From: a virus
Taxonomy: Duplodnaviria; Caudoviricetes
Length of the DNA stretch: 64,000 bases
Strand: one strand, 5' to 3'
IMG/VR virus record: IMGVR_UViG_3300025608_000722
Location: 1 to 64,000 of that record
Under the pieces are notes generated by a model. That model was not told where the DNA came from. It was given only the letters and a program-made list of their open reading frames with translations, and made no database searches. Below, piece by piece: positions 8,079 to 17,456 of this stretch (the stretch's first letter is position 1; each line of letters begins with the position of its first letter). Made by a program: the position numbers and the translations under genes.

Positions 8079-8461
8079 ACTGGAAAGAAACATATACTAA
8101 GATCTTTCTAAAGCAAGCCGATATTGCTATTAGCGAAGCTAATCTAAAACAATACCTTCCTCAATGGTGGCAAAACACTAGAGAGAAATCGGAAGGCGGA
8201 TTAAGACTTACTGATGAAGGTTTTGAGTTTATTACAGATACACTGGATTTACAAACTTACGAAGTCCCATTCCCAAAAGATTTCAAAATGACTACTCAAA
8301 CTGTTATCTTTTTAGATAAATTTATTACATGTCCATACTACATAACTTCAAGAAGTATCTACGTAACGGACGAAAAGAAAGCTATGGAACTACATCTTTT
8401 TAGCGGTGATCTAAGAAAGTATGGTTTAACTAAAGCGATTTCAAGACAAAATTCCGAATAA
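8075..8461 (+). CDS. Hypothetical protein
   Basis: Coupled ORF. Confidence 0.7.
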   Translation: MNWKETYTKIFLKQADIAISEANLKQYLPQWWQNTREKSEGGLRLTDEGFEFITDTLDLQTYEVPFPKDFKMTTQTVIFLDKFITCPYYITSRSIYVTDEKKAMELHLFSGDLRKYGLTKAISRQNSE

Positions 8462-8477
8462 ATTGGTAAAAAAGAGG

Positions 8478-8506
8478 TTGACTCTTTACCATAGTGGTGT
8501 TATTAT
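8478..8506 (+). promoter_or_regulatory. sigma70 promoter with extended -10
   Basis: TTGACT, 17-bp spacer, TATTAT, with TG at 8498-99. Confidence 0.85.
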
Positions 8507-8563
8507 ATATACATACTTAGAAATTAAGTTATGGCACTGACTGAAACACAAGAGGAATATAAC

Positions 8564-9649
8564 ATGGAAAATATCGCACTTCGTACCGTAGGACCTAACA
8601 GCGCAAAGAAAAGCATTGTACGTGCTTTTGGCAAGAAGCGTCCACTGTTTATTTGGGGACCTCCAGGTATTGGTAAATCCGATATTGTGCATCAAATCGG
8701 AAACGATATGGAAGCACTTGTAATTGACATTCGTTTGTCGCTTTGGGAACCTACAGACATTAAAGGTATTCCTTATTTTGATAGCAATGCTAACAAAATG
8801 GTCTGGGCTCCACCTATGGAATTGCCCGATGCAGAGACTGCATCTAAATATAAAAACATTATTCTTTTCCTAGACGAAATGAACTCTGCGGCTCCTGCTG
8901 TACAGGCGGCGGCTTATCAGTTGATTCTAAATCGTCGTGTAGGACAATACAAACTGCCAGACAACGTTTTGATCGTTGCCGCTGGTAACCGTGAAGCAGA
9001 CAAAGGTGTTACTTACCGTATGCCTGCTCCGTTGGCTAACCGCTTCGTTCACTTGGAACTTTCTGTTAACTGGGATGATTACTTTGCGTGGGCAGTAGAA
9101 AACAAAATTCATAAAGATGTTATTGGTTATTTGACTTTTGCAAAGAAAGACTTGTACGACTTTGATCCTAAGAGCCCAAGTCGTTCTTTTGCAACACCTC
9201 GTTCATGGTCGTTTGTTTCTGAACTATTAGAAGATGACGACGATGATAGCACTACTACCGATTTGGTAAGTGGTGCAGTCGGCGAAGGACTTGCCGTTAA
9301 GTTCATGGCACATCGTAAGGTTGCGTCAAAACTTCCTAACCCAACTGACATTTTGACAGGTAAGGTTAAGGAGCTCGAGACTAAAGAAATCAGTGCCATG
9401 TATTCCTTGACAGTCTCGTTATGCTATGAACTAAAAGACGCATGTGACAAAAACGATAAGAAGTTTAACGACAAAGTTAACAACTTCCTACGTTTTACAA
9501 TGGATAACTTTGATACTGAGCTAGTTGTTATGGCTATTCGTCTTGCACTTACTCAATATCAGTTGCCTATTGATCCGGACGAAGTAGAATGCTTCGACGA
9601 ATGGCATGAGCGTTATAGCAAGTATATCCAAGCCGCACAGGCCGCATAA
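8564..9649 (+). CDS. MoxR-like AAA+ ATPase
   Basis: Walker A 'GPPGIGKS', Walker B 'LFLDEMN', 'AAGNR', 'PLANRF', 'TPRSW'; SD AGAGGA before 8564. Confidence 0.9.
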   Translation: MENIALRTVGPNSAKKSIVRAFGKKRPLFIWGPPGIGKSDIVHQIGNDMEALVIDIRLSLWEPTDIKGIPYFDSNANKMVWAPPMELPDAETASKYKNIILFLDEMNSAAPAVQAAAYQLILNRRVGQYKLPDNVLIVAAGNREADKGVTYRMPAPLANRFVHLELSVNWDDYFAWAVENKIHKDVIGYLTFAKKDLYDFDPKSPSRSFATPRSWSFVSELLEDDDDDSTTTDLVSGAVGEGLAVKFMAHRKVASKLPNPTDILTGKVKELETKEISAMYSLTVSLCYELKDACDKNDKKFNDKVNNFLRFTMDNFDTELVVMAIRLALTQYQLPIDPDEVECFDEWHERYSKYIQAAQAA

Positions 9650-9662
9650 ATGGCTAAGAGTT

Positions 9663-9696
9663 TGGACGTTCTCTTTATATTAAAAACGTCCATTTT
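9663..9696 (+). terminator. Putative intrinsic terminator
   Basis: TGGACGTT(9663-70) / AACGTCCA(9685-92) stem followed by TTTT. Confidence 0.55.
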
Positions 9697-9699
9697 CGC

Positions 9700-9728
9700 T
9701 TGACTTCGACAGTAAATACATGTATACT
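9700..9728 (+). promoter_or_regulatory. sigma70 promoter for the VWA gene
   Basis: TTGACT, 17-bp spacer, TATACT; TAAATA at 9713-18 lies in the spacer. Confidence 0.85.
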
Positions 9729-9760
9729 GTATGTAACAGTTAAAGATAAGGAGCACCTAA

Positions 9761-11044
9761 ATGAGCATCGATACTAAAGGTTATCAACCTAATCCAGACA
9801 TTACTCCAGAAGAACTTAAAGTGATGCGCGAAGAAGTTCTTGATAGAGTTATTGTAGCTCGGGTAGGTTTATTGTTGCGTCATCCCTTCTTTGGTAATAT
9901 GGCTACTAGACTTAAAGTAGAAGCATGCGATGATTGGTGTCCTACAGCGGCAACTGACGGACGTCATTTATATTTTAATACACAGTTTTTTAATGCTCTT
10001 TCTAATAAAGAAATTGAGTTCGTAATTGCACACGAAATTCTACATTGTGTATTTGATCACATGTCACGTAGAGAAGATCGCAATCCTCTTTTGCACAATA
10101 TTGCCGCTGATTATATTGTAAACAATACACTAGTACGTGATCGTATCGGTGAAATGGTTAAAATTGTACAGTGTTACCAGGACTTCAAATACGAAGGATG
10201 GACATCTGAAGAAGTATACGATGATTTATTTAAACAAGCCGAAAAGAATGGTGAAGAATTCTTAAAACAACTCGGTGAATTGTTAGACGAACATATCGAC
10301 TGGGAAGAAGATTCGGGCGATAGCAAACCTAAAGACGGCAAAGACGGCAAAGACGGCAAAGGTCATCCAACTTATTCAAAAGATGAAATGAAAAAGATTA
10401 AGGATGAAATTAAGGAAAGTATGATGTCTGCGGCGCAGGCAGCTGGTGCAGGTAATGTTCCGGATGCTGTACAACGTATGATTAAAGAACTAACAGAGCC
10501 TAAAATGAACTGGCGTGAAATTTTGCGTCAACAGATTCAATCAACTATCCGCAACGACTATACATTTAGTCGTCCTAGTCGTAAGGGCTGGCATACTGGT
10601 GCTATTTTGCCAGGTATGAATTTCGACGAAACTATTGACATTTGTATTGCACTTGATATGAGTGGTTCTATCGGTAACAGCCAAGCAGAAGACTTCCTAG
10701 GCGAAGTAAAAGGCATCATGGACGAATACAAAGACTACAAGATTAAGATCTGGTGCTTTGATACAGATGTCTACGGTGAAGATGACTTTAGTGCTGATGA
10801 TGGACGAGATCTTACTGAGTATGAAATTACCGGCGGCGGTGGCACTGACTTTATGGCGAACTGGCGCTATATGCACGATAACGATATTCAGCCTAAGAAG
10901 TTTTTGATGTTTACAGATGGCTATCCATTTGGTAATTGGGGCGAAGACGATTACTGCGATACAGTATTTGTAATTCACAGCCATCATGATAAAAATTTAA
11001 AGGCACCGTTTGGATTGACGGCGCATTATGATGAAGCGGCATGA
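9761..11044 (+). CDS. Metallopeptidase-like + VWA domain protein (DUF2201-type), partner of the MoxR ATPase
   Basis: 'TAATDG', 'HEILH' (HExxH), MIDAS 'ALDMSGS', 'GGGGTDF', 'FTDG'. Confidence 0.88.
   Translation: MSIDTKGYQPNPDITPEELKVMREEVLDRVIVARVGLLLRHPFFGNMATRLKVEACDDWCPTAATDGRHLYFNTQFFNALSNKEIEFVIAHEILHCVFDHMSRREDRNPLLHNIAADYIVNNTLVRDRIGEMVKIVQCYQDFKYEGWTSEEVYDDLFKQAEKNGEEFLKQLGELLDEHIDWEEDSGDSKPKDGKDGKDGKGHPTYSKDEMKKIKDEIKESMMSAAQAAGAGNVPDAVQRMIKELTEPKMNWREILRQQIQSTIRNDYTFSRPSRKGWHTGAILPGMNFDETIDICIALDMSGSIGNSQAEDFLGEVKGIMDEYKDYKIKIWCFDTDVYGEDDFSADDGRDLTEYEITGGGGTDFMANWRYMHDNDIQPKKFLMFTDGYPFGNWGEDDYCDTVFVIHSHHDKNLKAPFGLTAHYDEAA
10331..10360 (+). repeat. 9-bp tandem repeat (AAAGACGGC)x3 encoding a KDG linker
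   Basis: Read directly from the sequence. Confidence 0.9.
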
Positions 11045-11319
11045 TAAAGAATAAAATATCGCCACATGATTATTTTGAAACAAGGAGATTGAAACATCAA
11101 TCTCCACACCTGTCTTGTATTGATTTAAAATTTACATACAATACAGAAAAGGCAATGGTAAAATGGATACAAAACAATTTGAAACACCGTTATTACCTAG
11201 CCAAAACAGTAGGTATCACTAAAGAAAATAAGATAGATACTGTTATGCGAGTCGGATTTGAAGATGCAAAAGAACTTTCTTATTTCGTTCTTGCATGTCC
11301 ACTATTAAAGTACAACTAA
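11041..11319 (+). CDS. Hypothetical protein
   Basis: ATGA overlap with the VWA stop. Confidence 0.7.
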   Translation: MIKNKISPHDYFETRRLKHQSPHLSCIDLKFTYNTEKAMVKWIQNNLKHRYYLAKTVGITKENKIDTVMRVGFEDAKELSYFVLACPLLKYN

Positions 11320-11353
11320 ATAATATACGCATATAACTAAAAAGGAGTATAAT

Positions 11354-11602
11354 ATGTCACAAGAAACTACTGCTACGCAAGAAGCACCAGCAACTGCACC
11401 TGTAGAACTAACAGTTCAAGACTTGGGTGTTATTAGATCAATTATCGACGTTGCTAGTCAGCGTGGTGCTTTTAAAGCAAATGAAATGGAAGCTGTTGGT
11501 AAAACATTTAACAAACTTGATAACTTCCTACAAACTGTACAAAAGGCAGAAGCTGAAGCCGCTGAAGCTACCAAAAAGGAAACTACCGAAGGAGGTAAGT
11601 AA
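11354..11602 (+). CDS. Hypothetical protein
   Basis: SD AAGGAG; TAAATA at 11317-22 upstream. Confidence 0.75.
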   Translation: MSQETTATQEAPATAPVELTVQDLGVIRSIIDVASQRGAFKANEMEAVGKTFNKLDNFLQTVQKAEAEAAEATKKETTEGGK

Positions 11603-12258
11603 TGGCCGAGATTAAACACGTTGGTGTGTTAAAGGACAACAAAAGAAAAGTTGTTGTAGCATACAGAGTAATTCCAGGAGAACAACCTGCAGAAAATGCA
11701 ATTGTGATTGACACTGCATCACTAACGGATGCTGATCACGAAGTTCTAATTAGAGCTGTAGAAAGCAATGCAGGACAAACAGCATTTGAGTTTGCTGAAG
11801 TTATGGCAAGAACGTCACTTAGTGACGGTAGCAATATGCTTGCACGTTTTCATACAACAGGCAAATTACACAGAGTCAAAATGACCGATGTTGACATGAC
11901 ACCTAATACTACAACAAAAATTGGTTTAGATGCACTTAATAAAATTATTGCAGAGCAAAGAGGTGTTAGTATTTCCGATCTTGCACTTAAAGATCCTAAT
12001 GAACGTAAGCCAGGTGAAAGTGTTACTGAAGCAGGTTCTGTTAATGAAATGGCGCCAGTAAGCGATACTGTAGTTGCCGAATCACAAGTAGCTAATTTAC
12101 AAGCAACCTCTAATGAAGTAATCACTGATGAACAACTAGCCGCAAAGTATCGTAGCGATGCTGATAGATTGTACAAAGAAGCAAAGGCACTTAGAGCACA
12201 AGCAGAAGAACTTGCGCCAACTGTAAAGAAGACTAAGAGTGTCAAAGAAACTTCCTGA
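11602..12258 (+). CDS. Hypothetical protein with coiled-coil C-terminus
   Basis: TAATG coupling; SD GGAGG. Confidence 0.8.
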   Translation: MAEIKHVGVLKDNKRKVVVAYRVIPGEQPAENAIVIDTASLTDADHEVLIRAVESNAGQTAFEFAEVMARTSLSDGSNMLARFHTTGKLHRVKMTDVDMTPNTTTKIGLDALNKIIAEQRGVSISDLALKDPNERKPGESVTEAGSVNEMAPVSDTVVAESQVANLQATSNEVITDEQLAAKYRSDADRLYKEAKALRAQAEELAPTVKKTKSVKETS

Positions 12259-12553
12259 TGATATAATTAAACACTGGCCTGAAGTTTTTAAAGATATTGA
12301 TATACATACTATACCCATTGACTACATTAGCACAATTCGTATTGAGTTTAACGGTGGTAAAGTTTGGGAAATAGATTGCAATGGTAAAAGAACTACTGGT
12401 TCTAACTTAGAAGATGTTCTAGGCGATCTTTTTGACGAATATGGCGACAGTATTCAGAACGTAGATTTTCGTTTAAATAGTGCTAAAATTAAACGAGACG
12501 TACAGAAGAATACTAGAGCATTTCTCAAAAATCCAACTAAACGGAAATCGTGA
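12239..12553 (+). CDS. Hypothetical protein
   Basis: GTG start overlapping the upstream gene. Confidence 0.65.
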   Translation: MSKKLPDDIIKHWPEVFKDIDIHTIPIDYISTIRIEFNGGKVWEIDCNGKRTTGSNLEDVLGDLFDEYGDSIQNVDFRLNSAKIKRDVQKNTRAFLKNPTKRKS

Positions 12554-12560
12554 ATTTGGC

Positions 12561-12597
12561 ATAAATATATGTAACAATGAATTAGGAGCATTACATG
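12561..12597 (+). promoter_or_regulatory. Late promoter with a start-codon-sequestering hairpin
   Basis: ATAAATA at 12561-67; TATGTAA(12568-74) pairs with TTACATG(12591-97) with one U-G; SD AGGAG is in the loop. Confidence 0.55.
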
Positions 12598-13758
12598 GGT
12601 ACTTTACGATTAAAACGAGGCACTAAGACTGCACTTCAAAGCAGTCCTGGTTATACACCAGCTGAAGGTGAACTTGTTTATACAACAGATAGCAAAGAGG
12701 TCTTTGTAGGCGACGGAGCCACACAAGGTGGTATTCCAGTATCGGTGTCAACACAAAACTTAGAAGATTTAGGCAACGTACAAGCATTAGCCGCACAAAA
12801 AGATCAAATTTTAGTTTATAACGGTGCAAATTGGGCCGCTACAGACAATCCAGCATTAGACATTCGTGGTAATATCTACGGTGACGATTCAACGCTCCTA
12901 GTTGATGCTATTAACGGCAAAATTGTTGGACCCATTGAAACTACTTCTATTATTAGCAGTGGAAATATTGTAGGCAATGTAATTGGTGACGTTACTGGGT
13001 CAGTAACTGGTAACCTAGTTGGTGATACTACAGGTACACACTATGGTAATACTACTGGTTTTCATAGTGGTGATACTAAAGGCAGTGTGTTCGGCGATGA
13101 CAGTGGTCTACTAGTAGATGGTATTAATAGTTTAATTGTTGGTCCTATTGTAACCGAAACAACTCTTACAATTAGACAAGACGCACCTGCTCCAGTTAAC
13201 AGTCTCTTAATTCAAGCACAGTCTGCAGATGGCGCAACAGGTCCAAAAATTAGAACTGAAGGTTCGCGTGGTACACTTGGTGCTCCACTAGCAGTTATTG
13301 GTGGTACAACAGGTGACGCACTAACTGACATTCACGGATTTGGTTGGGACGGAACTCAGCAGACACTAGCCGGACAAATTAAAATTGCCGTCGATCTAGA
13401 TGAAACAGTATCTGATGGTATTGTACCTGGAAGAATGTTGTTCCTACCATCAAGTACCGCAGGCAACGTTACACTTGCACAAGTTATGACTTGGAATAGT
13501 AAGGGTAGACTTGGTTTAGGTACTAATAGACCTGATAACGTATTACACGTGGCAGGCGATGCAAAAATTACTACTGACCTTGAAGTGCAAGGTACAGCAA
13601 CACTAGCCAATAGTGTTAACACTGGATATCATCAGTTTGCTAGTTTAACTACTGCACAACGTGATGCACTTACTCCAGCTAACGGAATGGTTATTTATAA
13701 TTCAGATACTGAAAAATTCCAAGGCCGCGAAAACGGTGCATGGGTTAACTTAGTCTAA
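12595..13758 (+). CDS. Tail fibre/spike-like virion protein with an Mtd-N-like N-terminal domain
   Basis: 'LRLKRGT...PAEGELVYTTDSKEVFVGDG..GG'; G-x-x-x repeats; duplicated 'G(N/S)xxGDDSxLLVDxINxxIVGPI'. Confidence 0.7.
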   Translation: MGTLRLKRGTKTALQSSPGYTPAEGELVYTTDSKEVFVGDGATQGGIPVSVSTQNLEDLGNVQALAAQKDQILVYNGANWAATDNPALDIRGNIYGDDSTLLVDAINGKIVGPIETTSIISSGNIVGNVIGDVTGSVTGNLVGDTTGTHYGNTTGFHSGDTKGSVFGDDSGLLVDGINSLIVGPIVTETTLTIRQDAPAPVNSLLIQAQSADGATGPKIRTEGSRGTLGAPLAVIGGTTGDALTDIHGFGWDGTQQTLAGQIKIAVDLDETVSDGIVPGRMLFLPSSTAGNVTLAQVMTWNSKGRLGLGTNRPDNVLHVAGDAKITTDLEVQGTATLANSVNTGYHQFASLTTAQRDALTPANGMVIYNSDTEKFQGRENGAWVNLV

Positions 13759-14913
13759 ATTATACTGTTTAAGTAATTCTTTTCTACTTATTTTACCTTG
13801 TCCTTTACGTGGAATACTTTCCACGTAAAAGACTTTCTTAGGTATTTTATACCATGCAATTTCTTTAGATAATTGCTCCATATCTACTTTGCCAACAACA
13901 ACTGCATAAACGCTGTCATATCCAAACACCACACAATCTATTGCTCCGCATTTAACTAGAGCTTCTTCTACTTCGTAAGGCATAATTTTAATACCTTCTT
14001 GGTTAATTACATCTTTAACTCTTCCAGTAATAAACAAAAATCCTTCATCGTCGATATATCCTAAGTCTCCGGTATAATAACCATTAACTACAATTTCACC
14101 ATTATCAAATGTTACAGTTTTATTTGGTAGTACAAATCCAACACTGCCGTGTTTTTGCGGATAATGCATTATACTAATTGTTCCTGTTTCATTTAGTCCA
14201 TACGAATCAGTTGTAATACAATTAAAATAATTTTGCACTTCATGTTTAAAATCTTTGTACATAGGTGCACCAACTGTACGAATATGTCTTATACTCATAG
14301 TTTCATACGGCACTTTGCAATACTTCATTAACTTCAATAAAATACTAGGATTGGCTACTAAAAATGTGGGCTTAACTTTAGGCCATGATTCCCATACGTT
14401 ATCTAAAACATGATAAGTTGCACCAGTTCTATAGCAAATTGAAAACAGTTGAAACCCTATACATGCCCACAATGGAATACAATTTATAGTAGAATCTTTA
14501 TCTGTGATATTAGCATGTATTTGTATGTTAGTATCCAATCCTTCTGTATCATGATCGGCTCTTGTTAGTGGTATTAACCTAAGTGCATCAGTACTTCCGC
14601 TTGATACAAATGCTGTTATTTCGTCATCGTTACATTGATTATATCTAGGCTTTGGTAGCACATCGTCCCATATATCAACATCGTAATACTTGCGTTCAAT
14701 CTCTGTTGCTTTATAGTCCATAACAACAACACTGCACACACTCATTACTCCGTATATTTTCATTAAGTTAGTACAATTGCTGTACACACCTAACCTACAA
14801 GTTTTATCGTATCCTGCATCGATTAATTCCTTAGCATAACTTTGTGCTAAGGAATCAAACTGTTCTTTTGTATATGTATTACCATTCTCGAAAGAAAGTA
14901 TTATATTATTCAC
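13750..14913 (-). CDS. Adenylate-forming (acyl-CoA synthetase/AMP-binding) enzyme, N-terminally short
   Basis: 'VSSGST', 'SYGLNETG', 'TGDLG..D..G.L.ITGRVKDVI', A10-like 'IPRKGQGKI'. Confidence 0.85.
   Translation of the reverse strand: MNNIILSFENGNTYTKEQFDSLAQSYAKELIDAGYDKTCRLGVYSNCTNLMKIYGVMSVCSVVVMDYKATEIERKYYDVDIWDDVLPKPRYNQCNDDEITAFVSSGSTDALRLIPLTRADHDTEGLDTNIQIHANITDKDSTINCIPLWACIGFQLFSICYRTGATYHVLDNVWESWPKVKPTFLVANPSILLKLMKYCKVPYETMSIRHIRTVGAPMYKDFKHEVQNYFNCITTDSYGLNETGTISIMHYPQKHGSVGFVLPNKTVTFDNGEIVVNGYYTGDLGYIDDEGFLFITGRVKDVINQEGIKIMPYEVEEALVKCGAIDCVVFGYDSVYAVVVGKVDMEQLSKEIAWYKIPKKVFYVESIPRKGQGKISRKELLKQYNLD
13800..13839. terminator. Hairpin inside the 3' end of the AMP-ligase CDS at a convergent junction; likely terminator for the + transcript
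   Basis: TTTACGTGGAA(13804-14) / TTCCACGTAAA(13819-29), 4-nt loop, 3 further pairs beyond a mismatch, then a T-rich tract. Confidence 0.6.
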
Positions 14914-15962
14914 TTTTTAATTATTCCTGATTTAAATACACTAGCTAGTCCTAACGCTTCTTTGTTAAACTTAACTAGATTCTTGAGTGCTTGTTCAGTG
15001 ATTAGCGTCATTAGTGTATCTCTATGTGCATTTCCGTTGGCACCAATTTTCCACTTATAAACACCTACTTTGTTTTCTATAATTTTCTTACTATCTTTAT
15101 TTAAAGACATATCATGTAATGCTTGTTGTAATTTGGCAGTATTTGGATTACCTTTGCGTACCCACAATGCTTTTTGCATACCATCACGGAAACTTTTTAC
15201 TAGTTTGTATGCATCGTAGAAATCACCACTCGGCTTAACACCCCATCGTTTTTCAAATAGTATTTCAAACTGGTAACCAGGATAGTTTGTATCGTCACCA
15301 TGATCACCTGTTTCACTATTTAGAATACCATGATGAAACCAAATCTCTGCATTATCATCTGATTCAACATGCTTTTTATATGCGGCAGGATTTTCTCTAG
15401 TAGCATTTAATTCGCCTCTCTTAAAAGCAAGCCGTCTTTCGCCGCCGCTCATTCCTTTAACCCAGGTTACATTTTCTTTAAAACAAGTAATATATTCATC
15501 TACAGTTTTATCAGGACCACATACTAACATTGTCATTGCAAATGCTTCTGGTACCATGCCCGAACCTGCCGCAAATCTAATGCCGCCGTGTTCTAAATCA
15601 ATAGCACGATGCTTGCCTACAATAATGTTTAAGTTCATAAGACCAATACTTTCGTACTCAGCATAGTTGTAATCAACTTCTTCTTGTAAGAAACTTACGC
15701 CGTTGCCGCCATGACTTACCATGATTACATCATCGTCATATTGCATTTCATTATGAAATGTATTAAAGCCTGGAATATCTCGAGCACCAGGAATGTGTAC
15801 AATATTAACATCTTCTCCAAGATATTTTTCTAATTCTTTAGCAACAATTTCTGCCCAGACGCTTGTGCCGCCTCCTGGCTTCTGTGGTACTACCATTGTA
15901 TAATCTGCATTTGCTACTGTAGTAAACATTGCAAACACTAAACCTAAAATTAACTTACGCAT
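14910..15962 (-). CDS. tctC: Tripartite tricarboxylate transporter substrate-binding protein
   Basis: Signal peptide; 'VVPQKPGGGTSVWA', 'IPGA', Bug/TctC-like layout; adjacent to tctA. Confidence 0.75.
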   Translation of the reverse strand: MRKLILGLVFAMFTTVANADYTMVVPQKPGGGTSVWAEIVAKELEKYLGEDVNIVHIPGARDIPGFNTFHNEMQYDDDVIMVSHGGNGVSFLQEEVDYNYAEYESIGLMNLNIIVGKHRAIDLEHGGIRFAAGSGMVPEAFAMTMLVCGPDKTVDEYITCFKENVTWVKGMSGGERRLAFKRGELNATRENPAAYKKHVESDDNAEIWFHHGILNSETGDHGDDTNYPGYQFEILFEKRWGVKPSGDFYDAYKLVKSFRDGMQKALWVRKGNPNTAKLQQALHDMSLNKDSKKIIENKVGVYKWKIGANGNAHRDTLMTLITEQALKNLVKFNKEALGLASVFKSGIIKK

Positions 15963-17388
15963 AATCTATTTTCCTTTTTGATGTTAGTCCCCAAATTAGT
16001 GTTACAATTATTGCAAAAACTAATCCTAGGAATATTGGTTTATCTAACAGTTTATCAACTGTATAAAGTCCAGACATTTGGACTGTAAGTGCCTCAATTC
16101 TATCAGATAGAATAAAAGCAAATAGCAGTGCAGGTCTGCTAAATTTGTATTGCTTGGCTAGTAGTCCTATTACACTACACAATGCAAGCATTAAATAATC
16201 TTCCCAACCGCCTGTATATTGTACACAAGCAAGTACTATAAAACCCAACAGCAACGGAAAGTAATATTTGTAGGGTATTTGTGCTATCCGGGCTATAAAA
16301 GGTGTCGTAAACAAGCATAGAGCGCCTACAAGCACGGTTGCAAGCATAAAGCCGTATAACATACTATCAAAAAATTTAGCGTCATTAGCAAGCTCTAAAG
16401 TACCTAATTCAAAATTTAAGTATGCAAATAGAGCCATTACAATAGCGGCAAAAGGTGCACCTGGAATACCAAACAATACTGTAGGAATCATGCTGGTTGC
16501 TTTTTGTGAATTGTTAGCACCCTCTGGTCCTATAACACCTTTAATGTTTCCGTTACCAAACTTGTCTTTAGGATGACTTGCAACAGTTGAACTATATGCC
16601 ATCCAATCTGCAACTGCTCCTCCTAGTCCAGGTAATAAGCCGACAAATGCGCCAATAATCCCTCCACGTAATGCATCCCATTTATTATTCCATACAGCAA
16701 TTATTCCTTCTTTAGTTTGTATACTATTTGCAATTAATGGGTTACTGGTATTTGTACGTTGTGTAAGACCGCTTAATAATTCTGGAATGGCAAACAAACC
16801 AGCAACTAACGGCATTAATTGTATACCTGCGCCTAAATATTCCCAACCGCCAGTCCAGCGGTCTGCGTTAGTTGCAGGATCAACTCCTATTAAACCTATG
16901 AACAAACCAAAGCACAATGCAACCATACTTCTAATCCAAAACTTATTTGTTACAAATGTCACACATACTAATGCTAGTAGTGTAAATGCCCATAGCTCTG
17001 GAACACCGAATATCATTATTAGATCAGTGTAATAAGGCAACAGAAAGAATGTAAGAGATCCCCACAGTAATCCGTTTAGTGTACTTGTGGTTACTGCGGC
17101 ACTGATAGCATACGTTGCTTTACCTTGTAATGCTAACGGAAAGCCATCTACCATAGTTGCCGCGGCTGAGTTTGCACCAGGTATTCCTAACAGTACACCT
17201 GTGTAAGTATCACCTGTTGTACTTGCGGCTACTACTGCCATAACAAATATAACTGCTAGATAAGGATCTGGAAATAAAGTAATAAATGAAAATACAAATA
17301 TTAAACCTGTAGTTGCTCCGGCACCGGGCAGGATACCAATTATTAATCCATAAAATGTTCCTGCTAGTAGTGTCAATATTGAAGTCAC
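15955..17388 (-). CDS. tctA: Tripartite tricarboxylate transporter large membrane subunit
   Basis: 'GILPGAG', 'LLGIPG...AAT.VDG.PLA..G', 'GPEGANN', 'LFGIPG'; multiple TM segments; GTG start with SD AAGGAG. Confidence 0.9.
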   Translation of the reverse strand: MTSILTLLAGTFYGLIIGILPGAGATTGLIFVFSFITLFPDPYLAVIFVMAVVAASTTGDTYTGVLLGIPGANSAAATMVDGFPLALQGKATYAISAAVTTSTLNGLLWGSLTFFLLPYYTDLIMIFGVPELWAFTLLALVCVTFVTNKFWIRSMVALCFGLFIGLIGVDPATNADRWTGGWEYLGAGIQLMPLVAGLFAIPELLSGLTQRTNTSNPLIANSIQTKEGIIAVWNNKWDALRGGIIGAFVGLLPGLGGAVADWMAYSSTVASHPKDKFGNGNIKGVIGPEGANNSQKATSMIPTVLFGIPGAPFAAIVMALFAYLNFELGTLELANDAKFFDSMLYGFMLATVLVGALCLFTTPFIARIAQIPYKYYFPLLLGFIVLACVQYTGGWEDYLMLALCSVIGLLAKQYKFSRPALLFAFILSDRIEALTVQMSGLYTVDKLLDKPIFLGLVFAIIVTLIWGLTSKRKIDYA

Positions 17389-17402
17389 TCTTTTCTCCTT
17401 GT

Positions 17403-17418
17403 ATATAATTAATTATAT
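17403..17418. promoter_or_regulatory. Perfect 16-bp palindrome ATATAATTAATTATAT giving TATAAT on both strands between divergent genes
   Basis: TATAAT on + at 17404-09 and on - at 17417-12; TTTTCA lies 17 bp upstream on the - strand. Confidence 0.55.
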
Positions 17419-17456
17419 CAGAAGAACATTTTTTTGAAAAAATGTGGAGAAAAATT

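Noticed and set aside
10331-10360. Tandem repeats as CRISPR or phase-variation elements (also 62208-62237)
   Set aside because: In-frame 9-bp coding repeats with no spacers; they only change linker length
12595-13758. Diversity-generating retroelement suggested by the Mtd-N-like domain
   Set aside because: No reverse transcriptase, and no template/variable repeat pair differing at adenines, seen in the window
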